Of a DNA stretch of 64,000 nt, positions 1 through 12,145 are shown one piece after another; position 1 is the first letter of the stretch, and the number at the start of each line of letters is the position of its first letter. The stretch lies in contig NC_043002.1 of the NCBI RefSeq assembly GCF_006345805.1, positions 114,142,001 through 114,206,000 of the forward strand. Reading direction: 5' to 3'. Origin of the DNA: Octopus sinensis. Taxonomy: Eukaryota. Made by a program: the position numbers and the translations under genes. Under the pieces are notes generated by a model that was not told where the DNA came from, did no database searches, and saw only the letters and a list, made by a program, of their open reading frames with translations.

Positions 1-2317
1 ACTATTGTGTATGCTGTCAAGTGTTGATGCTTGATTCACACTGCTGAGAATGATACACATTCTATCATGCTTGGGTACTGGCTATTGTGTATGTTGTCAA
101 ATAATCGCTGTCGAGTGATTCTTGGTTCTGTCTGCCGAGAATGATTTACACATTCTGTCTTCAAGTCATGTAAATTGTATTGCGGTTGTATCTTGAATTC
201 CGTTCCAACGTATTAACTGAATCAAACTTTCATCAGTGGAATGGCGAAATATCTTCTGTTTTAAACTGTGGCGAAATACATTTTATTTTAAACCAACCCA
301 TGCCATGTGAAAATGAGCAAATCGTCAGAAAATATTTTAACCAAACAAACAGTGAACATCTAAGGAAATGCAAGTGTGGAAAAAAATTGACCCAGAAAAA
401 AAAAGAACTGGATGGACAAATCTTATGAATCATATAAAAAACCAGCATCCAGAGTATTCTACTACACAAACAACTGGACAACCATCTTTATTGAGTTTTC
501 TTTCACCAAGAAGTAGTTTGGTCAGTCGCTCGACCTCAAATATTTATGGTTGGACTGAGTGGGTATGTGTTGGTTTAAAACCATTTTCCTTTATTGAAGA
601 CCCACTGACTCGTAAGTATACAAACTTGGGGGTATGAGGGATGTGACCTTAAAGAAATACTATGGAGAAACTAACTCAAGAAGTGGGAAAGAAAATATTT
701 GATGAACTTCCAAGTAAATATAATTAAATCTCAGAATGAGATTGAAACAGTAATCGCTCGATAATGTAAAGTATAGAAGCCATCTTATCATGGCTAACCA
801 CATTGGGGAGGGGGTGTTACTGTACGTTGGTAATCAACGGTTGGACCAAGGGTTCAACGCATTTCATTGGACTTTCTGAATCTCATTCATGCAATTATCA
901 AAATGACTATTGTACTATGTTGGTGGAATTTTCGCCAATGGTAAGTGTAACATCATTCACTGCTTCTGATTCTGTCGAATTTATAGAGTATGTGTTAAGT
1001 GTCAATAAAAATTTTTAGAAAATGTAGCTATTACCAGAGATAATACTGGAGTGAACAAATCTATAGCGAATTTGTGTAGAATACCATTGATTGGATGTGC
1101 CTCATACATTTAAACTCGCTGTTTCTGCTTATCTCGACAAGCAGGAAGTTCTGCTTGATAAAATTAATATGGTGATGGGCAAGCTAAAATCATAAAAACT
1201 TGCGAGTAAACTTCGGGGAAAAAAACCCTTGGCAACCTATACAAAAAAATGAAACCCGTTGGTCCAGTACTTATGATTGAAAGGTACATCCAAATCAATC
1301 CGTTTTTAGACTCTTTTCAGGGCGATCCAAAGCTGGTTGATTATCTGTTGACTCCACGCAATCATAATGAACTACAGATTCTAAAAGACAATTTAGGATA
1401 GTTACGCTCAGTAACAGTCGCCTTGCAAAGAACAGAAATAGATTTGGGAGATGCTCGAATTCTTTTTGACGAAATTCTCGCATTGTATTCTTACGAGGAG
1501 TTTAAAAAATGCTTGCTTCCATCAGCAGCCATTGTGCACAGCCCAAATTTTGAAAGTGGAGTTGTGAAAAATTTTACAATATGCAGAAGCAGAGCTAACT
1601 GCAGATGAAGTGGCTGCCCTACGTCAGCTGAAAGTGGTGACAGACACATCACAAGAAGCTGGTTTATCTGTAGAAGATGATGATTTTGCTTCGTTTGTTT
1701 GAAAAAACACCAAAAAGATCAAATTTCATCTCAACAATATCCGAACTGTAGATTTTTGTTACCAACGTCCAACATTTTGGAACGTTTGTTCAGCTCAGCA
1801 GGACACGTTTTTAATGATTTTCGGCAATACTTAACACCAATGAATTTAGAAATGCAATAATTTCTGAAATAATCGCGCTTTCTGGGATGAAGACCTAGTT
1901 TCAGAAATCTGCAATCGTCCATGACCTTTTGCCATATTAGAGCATTTTAATTGTGCTACTCGTTTGAGAAACTTTTTCAATTAAAGACCTTCGATTTATT
2001 TGTTTTTCAACTACTGTACAATGTAGAGTATACACACATGTTGCTTGTTCCCTATTCTAAATCAATAAAACTGAACTTTGAACGTTTTCTGATTATAAAG
2101 TTTTTTGAAACTATTAAGACGTGCCTTTTATTTTCCTATCATTTTGGCTCTTATCTAAATCGAGGCTAACACCCCATAATATATGGTATTTTTATGTTCG
2201 GCAAAATAATTGACAATTAATTGTAATAACTAATTGACCTGCATCCCAATTAGAATTAATTGATTGCTAGGAAAATAATTGATTGGAAAAGTTCCAATCA
2301 ATTATTTACAACCCCTG
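1..2317 (+). mobile_element. Decayed hAT-superfamily DNA transposon (frameshifted transposase plus right end)
   Basis: Fragments across frames: BED-finger-like (KCKCGK..GWTNLMNHIKNQHPEY), NIYGWTEWVC..PFSFIEDPLTRKY, NETRWSSTY, IVHSPNFESGVVK, and dimerization-like FLLPTSNILERLFSSAG. AATTGA-rich subterminal repeats at ~2205-2305 end in ..TTACAACCCCTG (CAGGGG-type TIR) at 2317. Left end not seen. Confidence 0.75.
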
Positions 2318-2847
2318 CTCACAACCCTATATTAATCAACTAAAAACCTGGATCCAAGGCGTCAAACTTAAAGGAGTATCTGTCAAGTTCATCGCCTTCC
2401 CTTCTTATGAGGAATCCCAGCGCATATACATTGCAACAAAACAACCTGTGCATGTGAACCTTCTCCAGCATTCATTATACGACCTAGGAGGTCTTTAACC
2501 CTTCCCTGTTGCTGTTGAGTAGATTACTAGAACTTAGGCTACCATGACTAGACTTAGGATAAAAACTGGAGTTTTTTTCACCCCCGTTGCCTTCTACAGG
2601 CAGGTTGTATTTGAACTCAGAATGTAGAAAACCGAAAGATATACCGTAAAGCATCTCTGCTGACGTGCCAAAAATTCGGCCACTCCATTACCCTCAGAAG
2701 AACATGAAATGAAGTGTTTTGCTCAAAAACATAACGCGCCGCCCGGTTCGGGAATCGAACACTAACCACTAGGCCACACGCCTTCACATAACAACAAACA
2801 CATAACCAAAAGTCTTCGAGATTTATGTCCCTGACACTAAAATATAT

Positions 2848-3356
2848 GGATCTTTACCTTTTGACCGGCAGATTTAGAAAATGATTTTTTGTAACTAAAT
2901 ACTTTCAAATTTCGTTTACTGGTAGAATGTGTCATATAAAACATCTTTTATTCTTGGCGTTTTTTAGAAAAGTTTATATTGTCCCTGTTATTTATGACAT
3001 CGTTCGTGCGTTTGTACTAGTTTTAGCTTTAAGGAGTTAGGGTTAGGGTTTTAGGGTTAGGGTAATTTCAACCAATCAATGACGTGTATTCAGCTGAATA
3101 AAATTACTGCTGTTTGTCACTGTTATTTATGACATATTTCATCTCATTTACGTTTGTATGAACAAACGATAGTTATTGTTGACAAACAACGGCAGTAATT
3201 TTATTCAGCTGAATACACGTCATTGATTGGTTGAAATTACCGAAATACGACAACTTTAAAACGAAATAACTTCGTAAAAATGAACTTTTCTCAAAAACGC
3301 TAAGAGCAAAAGATATTTTATATTTTCTAAATCTGCCGGTCAAACGGTAAAGATAC
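2848..3356. mobile_element. Long-TIR MITE (Mutator-like, GGATCTTT termini) with internal TTAGGG-like repeats
   Basis: GGATCTTTACCTTTTGACCGGCAGATTTAGAAAA at 2848 is matched by TTTTCTAAATCTGCCGGTCAAACGGTAAAGATAC ending 3356. Further inner inverted blocks at ~3065-3120 vs ~3180-3240. Imperfect AT-rich 9-bp flanks. Confidence 0.7.
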
Positions 3357-3996
3357 AAAAATATTATAATTTATGCTATGTAAGCTAATACTAAGTGAGA
3401 GTTATATTTAACCCCTCACATTTTATAACTGTGTTTCCAATTCCGTAGATTTCTTGAAGCATTTAATTATTGTTGTTAAAATTTCATTGCTTAAACGTTA
3501 ATAATCTATGTTTGGTACTTAAACCACTTACATATGTAGAGGTTACCAGTTGTAACGATTAATTTTTCACGTCAGAGTCACCATTCGTAACGATATGTCA
3601 GAGGTAAACTATTTGTAACTGTAGATGCAGTAATTCGTTTTTGAGTCGTCATCAAAATGTAACGGATGTTGATGTTGCAGATGTGAAAGAACAGTGGTCG
3701 AAGTTGACAGCAAATTTTATTTAATGTTACTTTATAATTATAGCCACACACGACGGCAGGCGTGTATAATATAACTGATAGTTAATTTTTCCTTGTAGAA
3801 GTGTGTATAATAGTCTTGTCATTGTAGCAGTAAAAAGATAGAGATAGAGCGATGTTGAAGAGAAAGTGAGAGTGAGTAGAGGGAAGTTGTATGTATCATA
3901 GCAGCTGATTGTTTGGCTGTCAACCCTCCCGTGGCTGTCTGCCTGAGGTCGTCTCTGTTTACCAGCTAACTTTTCCTTACGAGATTTTAGAATTTA

Positions 3997-5222
3997 CTAG
4001 CAATATAGCCCGGCTTTTTTCGGAATTAAGTTAGGATTATTAAGCTAATCAAGCTCTTTATTTCAAAGTAAATTAAGTAACATCGACGTCAAATTTGAGT
4101 GAAATCCGTTGAAATTGGTAAACTTTTGGCTGAAATTTTGCAGACAATTTGATTGGGAAATCTCATAAGGAATCGGTTTATCGATTTTTCCACTCATCAA
4201 TTATTTTTTTTTCGTTTTTGGAGAACTTAAAGCATTCAAAGATCCCATGAGTCCTAAGTAATGCTGGCATCAAGTTTGAACAAAATACATCAAAATTGGT
4301 AGACGTTATGGTTGAAAATGGGGTGTAACCAATTTTAGTAAGAAGTCCTATAAGGAATCGGTTTATCGATTTTTTTTTTATCCTGATTAAACGGAAAACC
4401 CCATAAGGAAATAGTTTATTGATTTTTCACCCCAAATAGGACTTAACCGAACATTGCTGATTCAAAAACATCTATATTTATACTTTAAAGTTGGTTTTCA
4501 TACCCAACCCAGTTCTGCAGAATCAGTGTCGCGACGGGAGCGCATGGGTTGGGAGTCTGATCGGGAGACGTGATCAGGTTGCATATGCCAACCCTTTTGT
4601 AAACACCACCCCATCATGTAACCCCACTTTGTCCATGGGTTGAGAACCCTTCCAGCAAGGAAAATAGCACGCCCAAAAGGGCCCCCGATCCTCTGTGTGA
4701 GAAGCGGTTATGTTCAGATCAGAACTAAGTATATATATATGGGCAACACACACACAAACATATACGTACATACACCTATTGCATAGATGTTTTTGCACGC
4801 CTTTGCCCCTGCCACTGTCCCACCACCACCACCTCCTACCCGAGTAATACCACCAATTAAAGCAAATTTGGCACCCGGACGTAAGTTTTGTAACAGGAAG
4901 AAACGTTGTTTACAAAATAATAGCTGATCGTTTGCGAAGGAGCGTATCTACAGTCAATACGTAGGTCTTTTGTTCTAGTAACCTCTGCTCTCTCCTATGT
5001 CACGCACGACCAGCTATATATCGCTATGAGTAGAGCAACGGATTCAGCTAATTTGGAAATTAGTTATGGAGAAACGGAGAATAGCGTTTATATTGTATAT
5101 AAACGAATGTCCTCCTAAAATTTAAGCGACATGCGTGCTAATTTATGGATGTGCATAAACTAAATTCACGTACACCCATCCACACACACGTATACACACA
5201 TCCTGCCTTATATATATACAGA
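3997..5222 (-). mobile_element. Non-autonomous Helitron (copy 1 of a tandem pair)
   Basis: On the minus strand it starts TC (5222-5221) and ends with a degenerate hairpin plus CTAG (4000-3997). Both ends are similar to the adjacent copy. Confidence 0.6.
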
Positions 5223-5592
5223 CTAGCAGTATAACCCGGCCTTGCCAGGGATTAAGTTACGATTATTAAGCTAATCAAGTTCTTTATTTCAAACCAAACT
5301 AAGTAATATTGACTCTCAACAAAACACTTTTTTACTCGGCGTAAAATAAAAACAAAACTCTTTCGCACCCAAAGTAATGTATGTGTGTGAGAGAGAGAGG
5401 GGAGAAAGATGAACGATTTAAAATAAATAAATGATTTAAAATAAATATATTGTAATTGTTGTGTGAGAAAATATATATACTATGATTATAAAATATAGTG
5501 TCTTTCAAAAACATCCTGAATTTGAACACTATATCTCGTGTTTAAGAAAAAACAAAACATTTTACATTTTATTTTTTATGAACGTCGTCACT

Positions 5593-5648
<56 letters not shown>

Positions 5649-5934
5649 TTGTCTTTCCCGTGAAACTCTCCACATTTCTTTATCTTATTTTTTTTCGTTA
5701 GACGCCGTCAAAAAGCTATGGCTGATATTTTTTATGGTTAAAAGCTATGGCTGAAAACAGAAGTTTACCGCGATACGCGGATGCCTCGAGAAAAAAATAA
5801 GTTGACAAAACCCAGATGGGATGTTGACGAATGTCCTCCTATAAAATTGGAGCGACTTGCGTGCTAATTTGTGGACATGCATAAATTACAATCACGCACA
5901 CACACACACACATACATGCCTTTTATAGATATGA
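5223..5934 (-). mobile_element. Non-autonomous Helitron (copy 2 of a tandem pair)
   Basis: Plus strand CTAGCAGTATAACCCGGCCTTGCCAGGG is the reverse of a Helitron 3' hairpin+CTAG. Shares AATTAAGTTA..TTAAGCTAATCAAG and ACGAATGTCCTCCTA blocks with copy 1. Confidence 0.6.
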
Positions 5935-6750
5935 TAACCATGCAAGCCAGCTATAAAGAGGGACATATTGTTGAGAACAATAGGTTTGTTCGGTGTAGAT
6001 CGCTCTTACCTAACTTCAACTTTTGGTGGCATAGAAGAGGTCAAGAGTTAAACTGAAAATACATAAATTGTCTTGGCAATGCTATGTCAACTATTGCTTT
6101 TCTGTGAGAAAAATGGTCTTGCAATGTTAAGGGAAATTGGCAGATTCTGGTTCAAATCTACTCTGTGCCTAAATATATTGCGTCATTCCTAAACAAGGTT
6201 GAAGAAAAAAAGTTATCTTTTTAGAAAAAAGATGTTTGGCAACACTGACAAAATCCCTAGCGTGGCTAGAGTGTGTGCCGCCTGCGGTGGCCTTTCAGTT
6301 TGCCGCCCCCAGGCACCACAAAAATACATGTAACAAGATGAAGGTCTCAGGAACACTTGAGGGGTTTCTGTCTTATCTTGTTACATATAATTGTCGAAGG
6401 GAGAACCAAAATCCGACGGTCTTCAATAACAATAAATAATACTTTATTTTTCGGGTTTCGCAAATACAAAATATATACACACATATTTTCCTTAAGGGCG
6501 AACCGGTAGCCAAGTCCACAAGACTGTTCGCAAATGTTCACTTGTGTGAGCCAAAATTACCGTCTCCGTTCCCGCTTAGAAGAGACATGTAGGGTTTTCC
6601 CTGAGAGAAGGTTGGTCACGTCCACTCCGTAGGGTTGCTGATGCAGAAAGGACAGATTTAGCGGGAACGCTTTCAGGGAATTTCCGGTGGCCTACCGGAA
6701 GTAATCCAACTCTGAAAACTTCCAAAAATAGCGTCACTATATAAATATTG

Positions 6751-8090
6751 GGTACTTGTCTATTGTCGTGGTCCCAGTTTCTCACACGCGAATTCGCGCG
6801 CGCGCGCGTGTCAGACGTAGGTGCTCGATACTCGAGATCCTACGAGGTGACTTGCGCATGCGCAGTGCAGAATTCGCGCATGCGCGTTAAACCCCCCCCC
6901 AAAAAAAAAAGGTGTTGGATTTCACTAAAAATATATGTGTGTGTGTGTATATATAACATTTTCAATTTTACACAAAAAAATTACATAGTCGCTTTCCTCG
7001 CGGATTTACAGATAAATGAATTAATTACTATTTTACAGAATAAAATTAATGAATTAATTATATAAATTAAATAATTCTTGAAAATTAATTAATATTAATA
7101 ATATTTTTTGAACAAAGTAAATAATTTATAAAACTTGGTTAATAATTTTTTTTACACAAACGCGAACGTATATAATTTGTGAAACTTTTTTTTTTTTACA
7201 GACGTATATAATTTGGTAAACTTAATGAATTAATTTCTTCTCATCATCATCATCGTTTAACGTCCGTTCTCCATGCCAGCATGGGTTGGACGGTTCGACC
7301 GGGGATCTGGGAAGCCAGAAGGCTGCACCAGACTCCAGTCTTATCTGGCAATGTTTCTACAGCTGGATGCCCTTCCTAACGCCAACCACTCCGAGAGTGT
7401 AGTGGGTGCTTTTTACATGCCACCCGCACAGGTGCCAGGAGAGGCTGGCAACGGCCACGGTCGGATTGGTGCCAGTCGAGGCGGCTCTGGCATCGGCCAC
7501 GATTCGGATAGTGCTTTTTACGTACCACCAGTCCAGGGGTCCTGGCATTTGCCGGGTGCCACACTTGCCCCAAATTGTCTTCGCAAGCAAAGGGGGTTGG
7601 CGTGGGTGCTTGTCGTGGGATGAGGTTCGATATCAACTTCGCTTGCCTCAACAGGTCTTTGTGTATAAATGTATAAATTTTTCGCACTAAATTCTTTCCG
7701 TAGAATTTATCAAAAAACGCGCAAAATTATTCCGTAGAATTTATCAAATTAAAAAACGCAAAATTAATATATTTTTTGAAATTGCAAATTATTTAGAATA
7801 TAAAACAAATGAAGTTAAATTTTAAAAATAAATGTCATATACTTATACTCTGTAAGGTGCTGTGTTCACACTTCAATTTACTATTTTCTAGAAATGTTGC
7901 TTTTCTAATTGAAACAATTTTTCTCAATCTCCATTTAAAAGTCCATAATGCCTCTTGAGACATATCAAAATGAACAACTTTGAATTACGCGGTGGTGGTG
8001 GTGGTGTGAGGTTCTAATTTTTTTTCTGATCTCTCTTTGCCCCCCTAGATGGAGGTGTGGTGGGGAGACAGATGAAAGATGTTTCATTCT

Positions 8091-8141
<51 letters not shown>

Positions 8142-9626
8142 CTTAAACCTACACGATATAGTCTATAAATTTGGGATGTTTTTGAAAGATAATATATTTT
8201 GTCATCAGAATATATATACTTTCTCACACTACAATTAAGATATATTTATTTTAAATCGTTCATCTTTTCCCGCGACAACAAAAATTGGGCGCGAAAATTT
8301 TTCTAAATATTAGCGGAATGAACAACTGAGATAAAGAGGGGGCAAAGAGAGATCAGAAAAAAAAATTAGAACCTCACACCACCACCGCCGCCGCGTAATT
8401 CAAAGTTGTTCATTTTGATATGTCTCAAGAGGCATTATGGACTTTTAAATGGAGATTGAGAAAAATTGTTTCAATTAGAAAAGCAACATTTCTAGAAAAT
8501 AGTAAATTGAAGTGTGAACACAGCACCTTACAGAGTATAAGTATATGACATTTATTTTTAAAATTTAACTTCATTTGTTTTATATTCTAAATAATTTGCA
8601 ATTTCAAAAAATATATTAATTTTGCGTTTTTTAATTTGATAAATTCTACGGAATAATTTTGCGCGTTTTTTGATAAATTCTACGGAAAGAATTTAGTGCG
8701 AAAAATTTATACATTTATACACAAAGACCTGTTGAGGCAAGCGAAGTTGATATCGAACCTCATCCCACGACAAGCACCCACGCCAACCCCCTTTGCTTGC
8801 GAAGACAATTTGGGGCAAGTGTGGCACCCGGCAAATGCCAGGACCCCTGGACTGGTGGTACGTAAAAAGCACTATCCGAATCGTGGCCGATGCCAGAGCC
8901 GCCTCGACTGGCACCAATCCGACCGTGGCCGTTGCCAGCCTCTCCTGGCACCTGTGCGGGTGGCATGTAAAAAGCACCCACTACACTCTCGGAGTGGTTG
9001 GCGTTAGGAAGGGCATCCAGCTGTAGAAACATTGCCAGATAAGACTGGAGTCTGGTGCAGCCTTCTGGCTTCCCAGATCCCCGGTCGAACCGTCCAACCC
9101 ATGCTGGCATGGAGAACGGACGTTAAACGATGATGATGATGAGAAGAAATTAATTCATTAAGTTTACCAAATTATATACGTCTGTAAAAAAAAAAAAAGT
9201 TTCACAAATTATATACGTTCGCGTTTGTGTAAAAAAAATTATTAACCAAGTTTTATAAATTATTTACTTTGTTCAAAAAATATTATTAATATTAATTAAT
9301 TTTCAAGAATTATTTAATTTATATAATTAATTCATTAATTTTATTCTGTAAAATAGTAATTAATTCATTTATCTGTAAATCCGCGAGGAAAGCGACTATG
9401 TAATTTTTTTGTGTAAAATTGAAAATGTTATATATACACACACACATATATTTTTAGTGAAATCCAACACCTTTTTTTTTGGGGGGGGGTTTAACGCGCA
9501 TGCGCGAATTCTGCACTGCGCATGCGCAAGTCACCTCGTAGGATCTCGAGTATCGAGTACCTACGTCTGGCACGCGCGCGCGAATTCGCGTGTGAGAAAC
9601 CGGGACCACGACAATAGACAAGTACC
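6751..9626. mobile_element. Foldback/Mutator-like non-autonomous element with ~1.29-kb terminal inverted arms
   Basis: Arms 6751..8046 and 8337..9626 are near-perfect reverse complements (mirror ORFs 7273..7623+/8760..9110- etc. are identical). Termini GGTACTTGTC/GACAAGTACC. Exact 9-bp TSD TAAATATTG at 6742..6750 and 9627..9635. The ~290-bp spacer contains (TA)n. Confidence 0.9.
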
Positions 9627-10130
9627 TAAATATTGCCCCACAGCAGAACCAAAGTGATACTTGCCTTCATAAAAATGTCACTCGAGGCGGACTGCCCTCT
9701 CCGCTCCCACCTCCAGCTACGCTACTGGACGAAATAATTGCTAAACAACAATTGTTACTGCTATCATTAATACCAAAAACATCCCACTTAATAATTTGCT
9801 ATGCCCAATGAGGATGGAGTCTTTAAAGTGTATCTCTTTACAAGCTTTAATCCGCCTCCTCCTCAACTACTAATGTTTTGAGAGAAAAAATAAAACGAAG
9901 GATTGCCTAGCATTTGAATTGTCCTTTGTTGTTTTGTTTCTTTTGAGTACTATCAAATGTTTAAAAATAACCAATAAAGTCAGGAAAGCTCCTAACTTAG
10001 TTCACAATATTTGACAATCCTTAACAAAAGTTGTGTTTCATAAAGTATTGGTTAAGTGACAAACCGCTCATTGTGAAGTTGAGCTTTCACTAAAAGAACT
10101 TGTGATTCCGAAACTTGCACAAAATTGAAA

Positions 10131-10331
10131 ATGAATTTTATGTATATTATTATATTTTTCGTGCAACCTCCCATGTTTCTGTCAGCGGAGAAAACTTTTA
10201 AGGCCGCAGTTTTTGAACCGACGATATCAAGCAGAACACCCATGGGAAACGTATCACGCGATGATGCTATTAGTCAAATGAAAGATGTCCTGAAAGGATA
10301 CGCCGATGTTGCTACAAAAGCTAGTAAAGAG
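10131..10331 (+). CDS. Vanin/pantetheinase/biotinidase-like protein, coding exon 1
   Basis: MNFMYIIIFFVQPPMFLSA (signal-peptide-like), then TFKAAVFE..VSRDDAISQMKDVLKGYADVATKASKE, matching the vanin N-terminus (F.AAVYE..SREEA). Phase-0 donor GAG|GTTCGT at 10331/10332. Confidence 0.85.
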
Positions 10332-10532
10332 GTTCGTAAATGTCTTACAGAAAATATTTTACAACTGTTGTCCTTTGATATGAATCAAACATTAATACAT
10401 TTTGATAATTAGCTTCATTTTTTAGTGCGTGCGTGTATGCGAGTTCACGCGCGCTTATATATATATATGGATATTGATGTAGAAAGATGGATCGAAGCTG
10501 ATATTGTTTAACAACAAATAACAATTAACGTC

Positions 10533-10572
<40 letters not shown>

Positions 10573-10652
10573 ATGTATGATGTGCGCATGTATGTATGTA
10601 TGTATGCATGTGTGTATGTATGTGTGTGTGTGTATGTGTGTGTGTGTATGTA

Positions 10653-10683
<31 letters not shown>

Positions 10684-11162
10684 GTGTGTGTGTGCGTGAG
10701 TGCGTGCGTATGTGCGTGTGTACTACTGTCGCCCAACATGCTAGAAAAAGCAGTTACGTTCCCCAATCATATATAAATTTCATTTTCAAAAATCCATGTA
10801 AAAGAAGATCTGAAGATGTGATGGCCATGGATGGAATGACTTTGATTATTGGTCTGCTTGATAACTAGTGACAGATTCGGCTAAAAAACCCCAAATATCT
10901 ATCGCTCTCCAAGATAAATCACCAGTCAGAAAGATCAGTAAATCTGCTGCTGTTGTTGTTATGGTTGTTATTATTATTATTATTATTATTTGTTGTCAGG
11001 TGATCACAAGTCGGACAATACAGTCAATGGAAGTTCTATGGTAGTAATATGGATCTTTTCTGTTAGGCTGTCACGCACAAAATGACAGTTTTCAAATCCT
11101 GTTTTCTGGGGTTTTCCCTCATTGACCCTTGTTAGAGTTCCTCCTGCATCGTCCATATCACC

Positions 11163-11258
11163 TACTTTGTATACTAAGTACTTTGTATACTAAGTACTTT
11201 GTATACTAAGTACTTTGTATACTAAGTACTTTGTATACTAAGTACTTTGTATACTAAA
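11163..11258. repeat. 16-bp minisatellite (TACTTTGTATACTAAG) x ~6
   Basis: Direct tandem copies visible in the sequence. Confidence 0.9.
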
Positions 11259-11389
11259 TATAACTATATCGCATTTCACAATCTTCTCCATTTTTTTCTT
11301 CCCATCCTTTATGTAAATTCCCACACAAATTGTTGTCTGTTTTTGTGATGTCTCCCTCATCTCTGCCCCTGTGGCCAATAAGAGAATTT

Positions 11390-11625
11390 CTCCTCCCCAT
11401 GCATACCGGCCTCCCCTCTCCACACCACCAATGTTATCCAAGGGAAAGGCAAAGGGGCCGATACAGCTTGGCACCTGTGACATCGCAACTCATTTCTACA
11501 GCTGAGTGAACTGGAGCAACGTGAAATAAAGTGCATTGCTCAAGAACACAACACGTAGCCCGGGATTCGAACTCACAACCTCACGATCGTAAGCTCGATG
11601 CTCTAACCACTGAGCCATGCACCTT
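11390..11625 (-). mobile_element. tRNA-derived SINE fragment
   Basis: Minus-strand head TGGCTCAGTGG..GAGTTCGAATCCC (Pol III A/B boxes). Related bodies at ~2705-2787, 26660-26740 and 54945-55000. Confidence 0.6.
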
Positions 11626-11644
11626 TACTTTTTCAGCACTACAT

Positions 11645-12145
11645 TTATATATTTTTACTGCTGTTTTTCAGCAGGTGCTGCTTGAGTAATACCAAACAGC
11701 ATTGGAAGGCCGTCTGCACTGATCTCAGGCCTCTACCACCTTCATTTCTTCTTAGGTAGAGCCTGTCAACGTCACTGTTTCTGTGGAAGTTCCCAGTTGC
11801 TGTCAGGATTTTGCGGGTTTTGATATCTGTGGTGTGGATTTCCTCTACAGACCAATCAAGTATCCCAAATGCTAGAATCAGCACTGGTACTGCAAATGCA
11901 TTGTGGAATATTGTTTTGCTGTAAGAGGAGAGTTCCGAATGCCATATTTTCCTAAGTCTGGTGTAATATTCTCGGGTCACTCTATCTTTATTCACAGTGC
12001 CTTCATATGATACATTTTCGTCTATGCCTAGGTACTTGTAACATTCCTGGGGCGGAATGGGGGAGGTAGAGAGACCGTTGATGCACAGGTTTTGGGTTTT
12101 GGGACTGACTTTCCTCGTTCTATAACCAAATAGGAACATTTCTTT
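11645..12145 (-). mobile_element. R4/Dong-like non-LTR retrotransposon RT C-terminal fragment
   Basis: YKYLGIDE..NAFAVPVL..FGILDWS..DIKTRKIL..NSDVDRLYLRRNEGGRGLRSV is typical of RLE-type LINE RT thumb regions. Confidence 0.8.

Noticed and set aside
6390-6750. Possible LTR fragment (TG start, reverse AATAAA, TATA-like end)
   Set aside because: No second copy, TSD or PBS found, so not supportable.
7273-9110. Identical ORFs on opposite strands (116/103/94/77 aa) suggesting duplicated genes
   Set aside because: They are translations of a non-coding RTE-tail repeat mirrored in the foldback arms; similar peptides recur at 45.6, 49.3 and 57.3 kb.
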